A stretch of 61,750 bases of DNA, the filler included. It is 4 parts of 4 records of this genome, joined end to end, with 100 filler letters (N's around TTAATTAATTAA, not from the genome) between each part and the next. Parts side by side here need not be neighbours in the genome. Positions count along the whole stretch, not along the records: positions 1 to 17,601 come from SRR2962707_4260; positions 17,702 to 26,432 come from SRR2962707_4262; 2 more parts are not named here. One strand, written 5' to 3'. Below, piece by piece: positions 9,847-19,890 of this stretch. The first letter of the stretch is position 1, and every line of letters begins with the position of its first letter. Position numbers and translations under genes: made by a program. Below the pieces are notes generated by a model. That model was not told where the DNA came from, did not search any database, and worked only from the letters and a program-made list of their open reading frames with translations.

Positions 9847-11277
9847 ATGACTGTGAATATCACAAACCATACTGTCGAAAAAATCGGCGGGACGTCCATG
9901 TCCCTCCTGTTTGAACTGCTGGACCCGCTGTTCCGGGTGTCCGCCCCTGAATACAACCGCATCTTTGTGGTATCGGCATTTGGCGGCATCACTGATTTGC
10001 TGCTGGAACACAAGAAAAGCCGGGAACCAGGGGTTTACGCCCACTTTTCGAATGAGACAGAAGGCCACGGCTGGATGAGTGCCCTGACCCGCGTCGATAC
10101 CGCGATGCGTGCGGCACACGACGCCGTCCTTGACGACGCGGGCGACCGAGCGAAGGCGGCGAATTTTGTCCGCGAACGGATTGAGGGCGCGCGCTCCTGC
10201 CTGATCGATTTGCAGCGCCTGTGTTCCTACGGGCATTTTCGCCTGTCACAGCACATGGCGATGACGCGGGAACTGCTGTCGGGTCTGGGTGAATCCCATT
10301 CGGCCTTTGTTACAGCCCTGCTACTGCGCCGCAACGGCGTGAACGCACGTTTTGTCGACCTATCCGGTTGGCGGGACGAACGCGAAATGACCCTGGATGG
10401 GCGCATTCTTGACGGTCTAAAAGATATCGACATCACACAAGAGATGCCGGTCGTGACAGGTTATGCCCAGTGTGTCGAAGGATTGATGAACAAGTTTGAC
10501 CGCGGCTATTCGGAGGTTACCTTTAGCCAGGTCGCGGCCCTAACCCGGGCACGCGAAGCGATCATTCACAAGGAATTTCACCTGTCGTCGGCAGATCCAA
10601 AACTTGTGGGTGCTGAAAGCGTGCGCAAGTTGGGCCATACCAACTATGACGTCGCGGACCAGCTGAGCAACATGGGGATGGAGGCGATCCACCCGACCGC
10701 GGCCAAAGCCCTGCGCCAGGCCGAGGTGCCCCTGCGTGTCACCAATGCGTTCGAGCCGCATGATCCCGGCACTCTGATCGACGATGCCGTTGCGGAAAAG
10801 GGCGTTGCCGAAATCGTGACAGGACTCGACATCTATGCGTTCGAGCTGTTCGAGCAGGACATGCTCGGGGTCAAAGGCTACGATGCCAAGGTGCTGGAAC
10901 GTCTGACGCGTCACGCTTGTCGCATTGTCTCTAAGACATCGAATGCCAATACGATCACCCACTATGTCGATGCGCCGCTCAGCCTGATCAAGAAGGTCGA
11001 AAAGGATCTAAGCGAGTTCTACCCCAACGCCGACATCAACGTGAAATCGGCGGCGATCGTATCGGTCATCGGACGCGATCTGCGCGGGCTTCATGTTCTG
11101 GAACGGGGCCTTGGTGCCCTGCGCAAGGCAAACCTGGACGTAATCAGCGCCCACCAGACCACCCGCACTGTAGATGCCCAGTTTGTGGTGGCGCGCGACG
11201 CTCTCAACCCATCGATACGGGCGTTGCACGCGACCTTCATGATCTCGGACGGGAACATCGCCAAATTAGTGGCCTAA
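9847..11277 (+). CDS. ask: Ectoine-pathway aspartate kinase (Ask_Ect)
   Basis: HTVEKIGGTSM, FDRGYSE, KEFHLSSADP, NMGMEAIHP; follows ectC. Confidence 0.93.
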   Translation: MTVNITNHTVEKIGGTSMSLLFELLDPLFRVSAPEYNRIFVVSAFGGITDLLLEHKKSREPGVYAHFSNETEGHGWMSALTRVDTAMRAAHDAVLDDAGDRAKAANFVRERIEGARSCLIDLQRLCSYGHFRLSQHMAMTRELLSGLGESHSAFVTALLLRRNGVNARFVDLSGWRDEREMTLDGRILDGLKDIDITQEMPVVTGYAQCVEGLMNKFDRGYSEVTFSQVAALTRAREAIIHKEFHLSSADPKLVGAESVRKLGHTNYDVADQLSNMGMEAIHPTAAKALRQAEVPLRVTNAFEPHDPGTLIDDAVAEKGVAEIVTGLDIYAFELFEQDMLGVKGYDAKVLERLTRHACRIVSKTSNANTITHYVDAPLSLIKKVEKDLSEFYPNADINVKSAAIVSVIGRDLRGLHVLERGLGALRKANLDVISAHQTTRTVDAQFVVARDALNPSIRALHATFMISDGNIAKLVA

Positions 11278-11301
11278 TTCCGACCAAACGCAGGAAATGA
11301 C

Positions 11302-11338
11302 TAATAACGGCCCTGTCCCTGCGGCGGGGCCGTTATTA
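11302..11338. terminator. Hairpin, probable terminator of ectABC-ask
   Basis: Perfect 12-bp inverted repeat TAATAACGGCCC (11302-11313) / GGGCCGTTATTA (11327-11338). Confidence 0.7.
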
Positions 11339-11362
11339 CATAGCCCAGCGTCGGGATTTGGT

Positions 11363-11392
11363 TTGACTTGTCACGGCCTCTCCACGCCAAGT
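11363..11392 (+). promoter_or_regulatory. Putative sigma70 promoter giving a leaderless transcript starting at ATG 11400
   Basis: TTGACT-18 nt-CCAAGT, then 7 nt to ATG; no Shine-Dalgarno before the ATG. Confidence 0.4.
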
Positions 11393-11399
11393 GGCGGCC

Positions 11400-12476
11400 A
11401 TGGATTTCATACTCAACCCCTCCCGCCCCGACCACGCGACGCCCTCGGCTCCTTCGTTTCCTCTGCCGCCGGATATTCCCTATCCGCTGGACGATGCCGC
11501 GCCGGTGCTGTCGCTTCTGGGCCGCTGCCCCGCTGCGCGGCAGACACCTCTGGTGGACCTGCCGGGCCTTGCCTCCGATTGTGGTATCACGGCCCTCTGG
11601 GCCAAGGATGAACGCGACCGAATGGGACTCGGCAGCTTCAAGGCGTTGGGCGCGGCGCATGTCATCGCGCATGATGCCGTGCTGGCCAATCCCGACAATC
11701 CAACCGGCGCACTGAAGGGCCGGACCTATGTGACGGCAAGTGCCGGCAATCACGGCATGTCCGTCGCCGCCGGCGCCGCCATTTTTGGCGCGCGTGCCGT
11801 GATCTATCTGTCGGACACCGTGCCCGACAGCTTTGCCCAGCGGCTGGCGGCAAAAGGTGCCGAAGTGGTGCGTGCAGGGCGGACATACGAGGCAAGCATG
11901 GAGGCCGCGGCCGACACCGCCAGGGTCGAAGGCTGGACCCTGCTGTCGGACAGTTCCTGGGAAGGCTATACTGAGATCCCCCAGCGGCTGATGCAGGGAT
12001 ATCTGGCGCTGATGGCCGAAGTTACAGCACAGGTCCCTGACGCCCCCACTCATGTCTTTGTGCAGGCCGGTGTGGGCGGACTTGCCGCTGCCGTCGCCGC
12101 TAACGTTCGCGCCGAATGGGGGGATGCGCCCACGGTCGTCGTGGTCGAACCGGACGCCGCGCCCTGCATCGCGCGATCGCTGGCCAAAAGGGTCTTTACG
12201 GTAGTTAATGGGCCGGTGTCGGATATGGGGCGGCTCGATTGCAAGGCAGCGTCGATGATTGCCCTACGCGGCTTGGCCCGGGATGCCGATGCGGTCGTCA
12301 CCCTGTCGGATGCCGAAGTAGACGGCATGCTGTCACGACTGGCCGACCTTGGCGTTGCCACGACCGCCTCGGGCGGGGCCAGCCTCGCTGCGGTGATGCT
12401 GAGCGGGGCGCATCGCGACGCCCTGGGCCTGGACGCGACATCGCGCGTACTGACCTTTGTAACCGAAGCACCATGA
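11400..12476 (+). CDS. PLP-dependent fold-type II enzyme, diaminopropionate ammonia-lyase-like
   Basis: KDERDRMGLGSFKALG (PLP Lys), TASAGNHG, LSDSSWEGY, QAGVGGLA, MGRLDC: DpaL/YgeX-like motifs. Confidence 0.8.
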   Translation: MDFILNPSRPDHATPSAPSFPLPPDIPYPLDDAAPVLSLLGRCPAARQTPLVDLPGLASDCGITALWAKDERDRMGLGSFKALGAAHVIAHDAVLANPDNPTGALKGRTYVTASAGNHGMSVAAGAAIFGARAVIYLSDTVPDSFAQRLAAKGAEVVRAGRTYEASMEAAADTARVEGWTLLSDSSWEGYTEIPQRLMQGYLALMAEVTAQVPDAPTHVFVQAGVGGLAAAVAANVRAEWGDAPTVVVVEPDAAPCIARSLAKRVFTVVNGPVSDMGRLDCKAASMIALRGLARDADAVVTLSDAEVDGMLSRLADLGVATTASGGASLAAVMLSGAHRDALGLDATSRVLTFVTEAP

Positions 12477-13624
12477 GCCTGACCCTGCCCGACAGCGAAT
12501 TTCGTGCGCGGGTCGCCCGGGCGCAAACGCGGATGGCTGTCCTTGGTCTGGGGGCCATATTGGTCACGACAGAGGCGGATCTGCGTTATTTCAGCGGATT
12601 CCTTACCCGGTTCTGGGAAAGCCCAAGCCGACCCTGGTTCCTGATTATCCCGGCATCGGGTGATCCGGTGGCCGTGATCCCAGCGATCGGAGAGGCCTTG
12701 ATGCAACGCACCTGGATCCGCGACATCCGTTGCTGGCCCGCGCCGCGCCCTACTGATGACGGGATCAGCCTGCTGGCCGATACCTTTTCGGAACTTGCCC
12801 CAGCAGCACCGATAGGGATGCCGATGGGTCCGGGCACGCATCTGCGGATGCCGCTGTCGGATTACCTGGCGCTGCAATTGACACTGGGGGATATAGAAAT
12901 CGTGCCTGATCAGGGACTGGTGCAGGATCTGCGGGCAGTGAAGTCACCAGCCGAAATTGCGCTGATCAGGCAGGCCTGCGCCATTGCCGGACGGGTCTTT
13001 GACCGCGTACCGCAGATTGCTGTTGCGGGTTTGGGACTTGACCAGGTGTTTCGCGATTTCCAGCGACTCTGCCTCGAGGAAGGGGCCGACTGGGTGCCCT
13101 ACCTAGCCGGGGCGTCGGATGAGGGCGGTTATGCCGATGTGATTTCGCCCGCAACAAGCGCGCCTTTGCGGGCGGGGGACGTGCTCATGCTGGACACCGG
13201 ATTGGTACACGAAGGATACTTTTGCGACTATGACCGAAATTATTCCGTCGGCCCGCCCTCCGACGCTGTGCGTGATGGTCACGCCCGCCTGATCGAGGCG
13301 ACGGCTGCCGGATTTGCCGCTGCCCGGGCCGGGGCAACAGCCTGTGATCTTTATGCTGCGATGTCGGCGGTTCTGGGCACGCGCACGGCACCGGGGCGTC
13401 TTGGCCACGGGTTGGGGATGCAGTTGACCGAAGGGTTTTCCATCCTGCCAAATGATGGCGCCGAAATGCGCATCGGGATGGTTTTGACCCTAGAACCCTG
13501 CATCACCATGGCCGATGGCCGGATCATGGTGCACGAGGAAAATATCGTGATCGGTGCCAGCGGGCCTGAATGGCTGTCGCCTCCGGCAGGGCCGAACATT
13601 CCTGTACTGGAGGGTAACCTGTGA
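12473..13624 (+). CDS. M24-family (Xaa-Pro peptidase/creatinase-fold) metallohydrolase
   Basis: Creatinase_N-like N-terminus; LDTG, YFCDYDR, GHGLG, LEP, HEE retain the five metal ligands; ATGA overlap with upstream gene. Confidence 0.85.
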   Translation: MSLTLPDSEFRARVARAQTRMAVLGLGAILVTTEADLRYFSGFLTRFWESPSRPWFLIIPASGDPVAVIPAIGEALMQRTWIRDIRCWPAPRPTDDGISLLADTFSELAPAAPIGMPMGPGTHLRMPLSDYLALQLTLGDIEIVPDQGLVQDLRAVKSPAEIALIRQACAIAGRVFDRVPQIAVAGLGLDQVFRDFQRLCLEEGADWVPYLAGASDEGGYADVISPATSAPLRAGDVLMLDTGLVHEGYFCDYDRNYSVGPPSDAVRDGHARLIEATAAGFAAARAGATACDLYAAMSAVLGTRTAPGRLGHGLGMQLTEGFSILPNDGAEMRIGMVLTLEPCITMADGRIMVHEENIVIGASGPEWLSPPAGPNIPVLEGNL

Positions 13625-14361
13625 TCGATTTCCCCTATGACACGTTGCCGACGGACGAGGTGCGTATCGGGCTGATCGTGCTGCAAACGGATGAGAGCCT
13701 GGAGCGGGATTGTCGCCAGTTGATCCCAGCGCAGATAAATCTGCTGGTCAGCCGTGTCCCCAGCGGGGACGAGGTGACACCCGAAACCCTGCGGCAGATG
13801 GCCCGTGACCTGCCGGTCGCGGCTCGGTTGCTGCCGCAGGCACAAAGTTACGCCGTGGTCGGCTATGGCTGTACCTCGGGATCCGCTGTCATCGGCCCGT
13901 CTGTGGTCGCGAAACTGGTGCGGTCTGCCGCGCCTACGCCCGATGTAACCAATCCGGTGACGGCGCTGGTGGCGGCCTGCGGAGCGCTGGGTCTGCGACG
14001 ATTGGCGGTGTTATCGCCTTACGTCGCCACCGTATCTGACAGATTGCGCGATGTATTGGCCAAGGATGGTATCGAGACGCCTATTTTCGGCAGCTTTAAC
14101 GAAGCGCGCGAGGATCGGGTGGTGCGCATCGCCCCCGGTTCCATCGTAGCGGCGGCCGAGGCATTGGCAGCACAGGGCGGCGTAGACGGGATATTCCTGT
14201 CCTGCACAAATCTGCGAACGCTAGAGGTGATCGCCGCTCTGGAGGCACGGACCGGTTTACCGGTCCTGTCCAGCAATCAGGTGCTGGGTTGGCATATGCT
14301 GCGCCGCGCCGGGGTCGGGGACCGTATGCAGGGCTATGGGCGCTTGTTTGCAGAGTGCTGA
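13621..14361 (+). CDS. Asp/Glu racemase / maleate cis-trans isomerase family protein (EutA-like)
   Basis: IGLIVLQTD, YGCTSG and LSCTNL (two catalytic Cys), PVLSSNQ. Confidence 0.85.
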   Translation: MIDFPYDTLPTDEVRIGLIVLQTDESLERDCRQLIPAQINLLVSRVPSGDEVTPETLRQMARDLPVAARLLPQAQSYAVVGYGCTSGSAVIGPSVVAKLVRSAAPTPDVTNPVTALVAACGALGLRRLAVLSPYVATVSDRLRDVLAKDGIETPIFGSFNEAREDRVVRIAPGSIVAAAEALAAQGGVDGIFLSCTNLRTLEVIAALEARTGLPVLSSNQVLGWHMLRRAGVGDRMQGYGRLFAEC

Positions 14362-14438
14362 CACGGCAATGCACTCGGCCCTAGGCCTTTGTAAGGGCTG
14401 GGATAGAAGATCACATTAAAGCCGTTTGAAAGGCGACC

Positions 14439-15071
14439 CTACTCTGCCGCCTGCGCCAGAGGCAGGCCGCCGATCTGCGTAAGCAGATCCACAATTGCCT
14501 CGATCCCCTTGCCTTGACGCAGTGAGGCAAAGACAAAAGGCTTGCCCGTGCGCATCCGCGTCGCGTCACGCTCCATCACCTCAAGCGAGGCGCCAACATA
14601 GGGCGCAAGATCCGTCTTGTTGATCACGAGGATATCTGAACGGGTGATCGCCGGGCCACCCTTGCGCGGAATCTCTTCGCCTGCGGCCACGTCGATCACG
14701 TAAATCGTCACATCCGCCAGTTCAGGCGAAAACGTGGCCGACAGATTGTCACCCCCCGATTCAATCAGGATCAGGTCCAGCCCGGGGTGGGCCGCGTTCA
14801 ACTCGGCGATGGCGGACAGGTTGATTGACGCATCCTCTCGGATCGCCGTATGCGGGCAGCCGCCGGTTTCCACACCTTTGATCCGGTCCAGCGGCAGCAC
14901 CTGCAGGCGCATCAGCGCCTCTGCATCTTCCTGCGTATAGATATCATTTGTCACCACTGCCATAGACAGGCGATCGCGCAGGGCAAGGCACAGGGCCGCA
15001 GTCAGCGTGGTCTTGCCCGCACCGACGGGACCGCCAAGGCCGACTCTCAAAGGGCCGTTCAGGGATGTCAT
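14439..15071 (-). CDS. ureG: Urease accessory GTPase
   Basis: [35 protein letters not shown] before ATG 15071. Confidence 0.97.
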   Translation of the reverse strand: MTSLNGPLRVGLGGPVGAGKTTLTAALCLALRDRLSMAVVTNDIYTQEDAEALMRLQVLPLDRIKGVETGGCPHTAIREDASINLSAIAELNAAHPGLDLILIESGGDNLSATFSPELADVTIYVIDVAAGEEIPRKGGPAITRSDILVINKTDLAPYVGASLEVMERDATRMRTGKPFVFASLRQGKGIEAIVDLLTQIGGLPLAQAAE

Positions 15072-15082
15072 GGCGTTCTCCT

Positions 15083-15721
15083 TCAAGAGCGGAACAGGCG
15101 GGAATATAGCTGATCGTGGCGCTGGCTTGCGATGTCGATCATAGGGGAAAAGCCGCCGATGTCGTCAAGATCTGCCGACATGGCCCGGTCGGCAAGCAGC
15201 GTGCAAAGCGGTGTCAGGGCGTGGATGATATGCTGACCGTCGGTTTGACCTAGCGGAATCAGGCGAATGCCCGCACCAGCAAGGTTGGAGGCAAAGGCCT
15301 GCAAGTACAGCGTCAGCGCAGATTGCAAAGGTAGATTGAGAAGCGCAACAGTACGACCCATGGCCACGGGATAGGGCAGCGCCGGTACATCAATGCCCCA
15401 GACATCGGACACTGTTCGGGCCAGCGCCGCGCCCTGCAGTTCAGTTTCCCGGCGGCGTTCGTACGAGGGTGAGAGAGCGAGGGCCAGTTCGGCCAGGGCA
15501 TCAGGATCGCCCCCCTGCGCCGCCTGTGCCAACAGAACAGCATCGGACCAGCCGGCACCGTGTTCCAGCATTGTTTCAAGCCAGTCGCGCAGAGCACCCG
15601 CATTGCCCACCTGCCCCGCCTGAACGCAGGTCTCAAGCCCGTGGGAATAGGCAAAGGCGCCTACCGGGAAGGCGGGCGAAAACAGCTGATGCAGGGTCAG
15701 ATGGGGATCAGTCGTGGTCAT
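15083..15721 (-). CDS. ureF: Urease accessory protein UreF
   Basis: [28 protein letters not shown]-terminal YSRLFRS; likely start ATG 15721. Confidence 0.95.
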   Translation of the reverse strand: MTTTDPHLTLHQLFSPAFPVGAFAYSHGLETCVQAGQVGNAGALRDWLETMLEHGAGWSDAVLLAQAAQGGDPDALAELALALSPSYERRRETELQGAALARTVSDVWGIDVPALPYPVAMGRTVALLNLPLQSALTLYLQAFASNLAGAGIRLIPLGQTDGQHIIHALTPLCTLLADRAMSADLDDIGGFSPMIDIASQRHDQLYSRLFRS

Positions 15722-16235
15722 GATCGTGCGCATGGAGGTGATCATGGGAATGGGTGTGCGGCTCGGGTCCGTGACTGTGGGTATGGTCGTGGCCATGGGT
15801 GCGGCCCATGCCATATGCCCCACCTTCGGGTGTAAAGGGTTCTGTCACCTCGTCCACCGTCGCACCGATGCGGATCAGCATGTCGCGGATGACATGATCG
15901 TGCTGGATCAGCAGGCGATGGGGTTCGATCTGGCAGGGTGTGTGTCGGTTGCCCACATGCCAAGCAATGCGCGTCATGTCAGAGCCGGTGATTTCAAGCA
16001 ACGGCTGCGCTGCGGCGACGATCCCGATCTCTTCTCCGGTGGTGGTCACAAGAACCCCGCCATGATCCAAAGATGTCGTTTGCGCGAGATCCGCCAACAC
16101 TGTGCGGCCATCCTCAAGTGTCAGCACCTTGCGGCGCAGAAAGCGGTCTTCGTAGTCCAGAACGGCGCGACCGGCGGGCTGCGCCGTAAGCGGCGTGGCG
16201 CGATAGGTCTGGGCGGTATAGGTGGGGGCGCTCAT
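15708..16235 (-). CDS. ureE: Urease nickel chaperone UreE
   Basis: AWHVGNRHTP, FTPEGGAY and His-rich C-terminal tail. Confidence 0.95.
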   Translation of the reverse strand: MSAPTYTAQTYRATPLTAQPAGRAVLDYEDRFLRRKVLTLEDGRTVLADLAQTTSLDHGGVLVTTTGEEIGIVAAAQPLLEITGSDMTRIAWHVGNRHTPCQIEPHRLLIQHDHVIRDMLIRIGATVDEVTEPFTPEGGAYGMGRTHGHDHTHSHGPEPHTHSHDHLHAHDHDHD

Positions 16236-16275
16236 CCGCGCCCCCAAGTCGTGAGAGGCCGATCAGAGGTCAGCT

Positions 16276-16491
16276 TTAGAAGGTGGTCCGGAACACATGG
16301 GCAACGATCTCGTCGCGCTTCAAACCGCGGGCGGCCAGTTGTTCGTCGCTCATCGCCTGAAGGGCGCGAACACCGCGCATGTGGGGATGGTTCTCTGCGT
16401 AACGCTCGATCCAATTTGCAAAGCCTTCGGCCATGCGGGTAAGTAGCGGAGCTTTCGGGTAGGTGTCGGTATATGCGATGGTATGAGCCAT
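16276..16491 (-). CDS. Small DUF1127-like protein
   Basis: 71 aa, LQAMSDEQLAARGLKRDEI matches the DUF1127 L..LsD..L.DiGl.R.di pattern. Confidence 0.7.
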   Translation of the reverse strand: MAHTIAYTDTYPKAPLLTRMAEGFANWIERYAENHPHMRGVRALQAMSDEQLAARGLKRDEIVAHVFRTTF

Positions 16492-16628
16492 GATGTGTTT
16501 TCGATTCTGACTGTTTGTTTGTTTCGTTGCACATCAAATAGGCAGAAAAAGAACGCGCAGACACCCCCGTTTGGGCATCCCCGCGATGCAAGGCGCGCAT
16601 GGCTGTAAATAGCATGTCAGAGCCCCCC

Positions 16629-17601
16629 TCAGAACAGAAAGTAGCGTTGCGCCAGCGGCAGTTCGAAAGCCGGTTCGCAGGTCAGAAGCTCTCCGTCGGC
16701 GCGCACCTCATAGGTTTCGGGGTTCACCTCGATATGCGGCAGGGCATCGTTCAGGATCAGATCTTTTTTGCCAATACCGCGCGTGTTGCGCACCGCAAGC
16801 GTCTGTTTGGCCAGACCCAGCGTACCGCGGATATCGTTGGAAAGTGCTGCCTCGGACACAAAGGTCACGGCGGAATTTTCAACTGACCGGCCATAGGCGC
16901 CGAACATGGGGCGGGTGTAGACTGGCTGCGGCGTCGGGATCGACGCGTTAGGGTCACCCATCTGGGCACAAACGATAGTGCCCCCCATCAGGACCATTTC
17001 AGGCTTTACGCCAAAAAATGCAGGATTCCAAAGCACCAGATCCGCACGCTTGCCCGGTTCGATCGAGCCGATTTCGTGGCTGATGCCATGGGCGATGGCC
17101 GGGTTGATAGTGTATTTCGCGATATAACGGCGAACACGCATGTTGTCGTTGTCGCCGGTTTCAATCGACAGTTTGCCGCGCTGCTTTTTCATCTTGTCGG
17201 CGGACTGCCAGGTACGAATGATCACTTCGCCCACACGGCCCATGGCCTGTGAATCGCTTGCGATGATCGAAAACGCGCCCATGTCGTGCAAGATATCTTC
17301 GGCAGCGATGGTTTCGCGCCGGATACGGCTTTCTGCGAATGCCACATCTTCGGGGATGGATTTGTCGAGGTGATGACAGACCATGAGCATATCCAGATGC
17401 TCTTCTAGCGTATTGACCGTATAGGGCCGCGTCGGATTGGTGGATGACGGCAGCACAAAGGATTCACCGCAAATCTTGATAATGTCGGGCGCGTGCCCGC
17501 CCCCCGCGCCTTCGGTGTGGAACGCGTGGATGGTCCGGCCTTTCATCGCCTTTACTGTATTTTCCACAAACCCGGATTCGTTCAGCGTGTCGGTATGGAT
17601 C
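16629..17601 (-). CDS. ureC: Urease alpha subunit, C-terminal part (5' end lost at contig edge)
   Basis: [46 protein letters not shown]. Confidence 0.98.
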
Positions 17602-17701
17602 NNNNNNNNNNNNNNNNNNNNNNNNNNNNNNNNNNNNNNNNNNNNTTAATTAATTAANNNNNNNNNNNNNNNNNNNNNNNNNNNNNNNNNNNNNNNNNNN
17701 N
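17602..17701. other. Artificial contig linker
   Basis: 100 nt: Ns flanking TTAATTAATTAA (stop codons in all six frames). Confidence 0.98.
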
Positions 17702-17776
17702 TCCATTCGCGGCCAAGGCCGCTCCCACAGCGGCTCTTTAATGCTCTCTGTGGGAAGCGAGCTGGCTCGCGAATGC
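17702..17776. repeat. Pair of inverted REP-like elements (GTGG class)
   Basis: (-) CTGTGGGAGCGGCCTTGGCCGCGAATG at 17704-17730 and (+) CTGTGGGAAGCGAGCTGGCTCGCGAATG at 17748-17775, each with an internal hairpin. Confidence 0.75.
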
Positions 17777-17835
17777 AGCGCGCGTTCATGTTTCCAAACC
17801 CCATGGACTACCGCGATATTCTTTCGCCTTCGGTA

Positions 17836-18552
17836 TCAGCCTTCTTCGGTCTCCCACAAGGTGGGCTGGCCGTTTTGTTCCGCCATGGAACGCAGCTTGT
17901 CCAGATGGCGCTGCAGATCGTCGCCGTCAGCGGACACCACCCGCAGCGAAGGGCGATCCGCGCTCAGCCGGCGAATCGCCTCCGCCTGCCGCTGACCGCC
18001 GCCACTATCCTGTCCGCCCAGGGAAAGGTTGGTCTGGCCACCGGTCATGGCCAGATAAACGTCGGCAAGAATCTCCGAGTCAAGCAGAGCGCCGTGCAAC
18101 TCCCGGTGGCCATTGTCCACGTCGTAGCGGCGGCACAACGCGTCCAGGCTGTTCTTCTGTCCGGGGTGCATTTCCCGCGCCAGCCGCAGGGTATCCAGCA
18201 CCCGGCAGCGCTGCTCCACCGTGCCCCACCTGGCGCCCAGCAACTTCAGCTCATGGTTGATGAAGCCCACATCGAAAGGCGCGTTGTGGATCACCAGCTC
18301 GGCGCCGTCGATGAAATTGACGAATTCCTCGGCGACCTGCGCGAACACCGGCTTGTCGGCGAGGAACTCCAGGGTGATGCCGTGCACCTCCATCGCCCCC
18401 TCGTCGATCTCCCGCTCCGGATTGATGTACAGGTGCAGGTTGTTACCGGTAATGCGGCGGTTCACCACCTCCACACAACCGATCTCGATAATACGGTGTC
18501 CGGCGGCGGGTTCCAGGCCGGTGGTTTCCGTATCCAGTACGATCTGTCTCAT
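17836..18552 (-). CDS. dnaQ: DNA polymerase III epsilon subunit
   Basis: [30 protein letters not shown]. Confidence 0.97.
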   Translation of the reverse strand: MRQIVLDTETTGLEPAAGHRIIEIGCVEVVNRRITGNNLHLYINPEREIDEGAMEVHGITLEFLADKPVFAQVAEEFVNFIDGAELVIHNAPFDVGFINHELKLLGARWGTVEQRCRVLDTLRLAREMHPGQKNSLDALCRRYDVDNGHRELHGALLDSEILADVYLAMTGGQTNLSLGGQDSGGGQRQAEAIRRLSADRPSLRVVSADGDDLQRHLDKLRSMAEQNGQPTLWETEEG

Positions 18553-18992
18553 CGGTCCACACTCATCTGATCAATTCCACGGTTGGCCAGGCGGTCCGCC
18601 CGTTCGTTCTCCACGTGCCCGCTGTGGCCTCGCACCCAGCGCCATTCCACCTCGTGGGGGGCGGCGGCCTGATCCAGACGCTGCCACAGATCAGCGTTTT
18701 TCACTGGCTGGCGGGAAGCCGTGCGCCAGCCACGCCGCTTCCAATTGGCCATCCATTCGGTGATACCCTGACGCACATACTGGGAATCCGTGGTCAACAC
18801 CACTCGGCAGGGTGACTTCAAGGTTTCCAGAGCCACGATGGCCGCCATCAATTCCATGCGGTTATTGGTGGTCAACGGCTCGCCGCCGAACAGTTCCTTC
18901 TCGTGCTCGCCGTGGCGCAGTAACGCCCCCCAGCCGCCCGGCCCTGGATTACCCCGGCAAGCACCGTCGGTAAAAATTTCCACTGTCTTCAA
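18549..18992 (-). CDS. rnhA: Ribonuclease HI
   Basis: [41 protein letters not shown]; probable TTG start 18992. Confidence 0.97.
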   Translation of the reverse strand: MKTVEIFTDGACRGNPGPGGWGALLRHGEHEKELFGGEPLTTNNRMELMAAIVALETLKSPCRVVLTTDSQYVRQGITEWMANWKRRGWRTASRQPVKNADLWQRLDQAAAPHEVEWRWVRGHSGHVENERADRLANRGIDQMSVDR

Positions 18993-19029
18993 GAACCACT
19001 CCACTCCTGTCCACTTTTATCTTCGATAT

Positions 19030-19821
19030 TCATTCCACGTTGCGTTGCCAGCGGGCCAGGGGCACGGAAATGACCGTCGGGCGCGATGGCTCGCCGCGCC
19101 GGAACGACGGCGCCAGCGGTCGCACCATGGCGGCCCGCTTGCGCGCCACCAACAGATAACAGGCGCCGTGGCGCCACCACAGGCGCCGCCCCAGCCATTC
19201 CAGCCACGCCAACCGGCGGCGGCCGCGTTCACCGAGCGGCAAATTGTGGAAGCCGCTGGCCAGGCCTTCCACCTCAAACCCGAGCACCTGCAACCAGTCA
19301 CTCACTCGATAGGGGGTGAAATAACGCCCCACCCAGCCAGGCCGGCGGCTGGCACCGGGCCGGAACCAACGCGCCAGCCCCAGCAAACTGACCGGTTGAA
19401 ACGACACCACCGCGATCATGCCTCCCGGCGCCACGCAGCCAGCCGCCTCCCGCAGCACCTGATGCGGCTCGTCCTGAAACTCGAGACCATGGTGCAGTAG
19501 CAACACATCCACGCTGTTCTTGGCGATGGGCAAGGCCTTGGCCTGGGCCTGTATCTGCCCGCCGCCCAGTTCCGGCGGCGTGACGTTGCAACACCACGGG
19601 ATACGAATGCCTGCCAGCATGTCCCGGCTGGCGCTGGAACCCACCGACACCGCCCTCTGCCCCACCAGTCTGGGCAGCCAGTCGGCGAGCAGCTCACGCT
19701 CCTCGTTGAGCAGGGCGCGGCCGGCGTCGCTATCCAGCCAGCGATCAAAACGATGCGGCATATCCTGGGGATGACGCCGGTAGGGGCCGCGGGGCAATGG
19801 GGGTAACTGCATCCGTGACAC
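19030..19821 (-). CDS. Class I SAM-dependent methyltransferase-like protein (YafS-type)
   Basis: LPIAKNSVDVLLLHHGLEF...PHQVLREA; conserved position between rnhA and gloB. Confidence 0.8.
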   Translation of the reverse strand: MSRMQLPPLPRGPYRRHPQDMPHRFDRWLDSDAGRALLNEERELLADWLPRLVGQRAVSVGSSASRDMLAGIRIPWCCNVTPPELGGGQIQAQAKALPIAKNSVDVLLLHHGLEFQDEPHQVLREAAGCVAPGGMIAVVSFQPVSLLGLARWFRPGASRRPGWVGRYFTPYRVSDWLQVLGFEVEGLASGFHNLPLGERGRRRLAWLEWLGRRLWWRHGACYLLVARKRAAMVRPLAPSFRRGEPSRPTVISVPLARWQRNVE

Positions 19822-19890
19822 TCTCCCTGGTAGGCTCGACTCCGTGGTAGGCTAACGCTGACGTTCAGTGCCAAATAAGGGTAGCACGAC

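Noticed and set aside
12473..13624. Calling the M24 protein ectoine hydrolase EutD/DoeA or DMSP lyase DddP
   Set aside because: It retains the full D-D-H-E-E metal set and lacks eutE/eutC neighbours; I see no DddP-specific features. Left at family level.
15708..15790. His-rich repetitive stretch
   Set aside because: Normal nickel-binding tail of UreE
17646..17657. TTAATTAATTAA perfect palindrome, repeated three times in the window
   Set aside because: Always centred in N runs of identical length; a synthetic all-frame-stop linker, not a biological repeat or CtrA site
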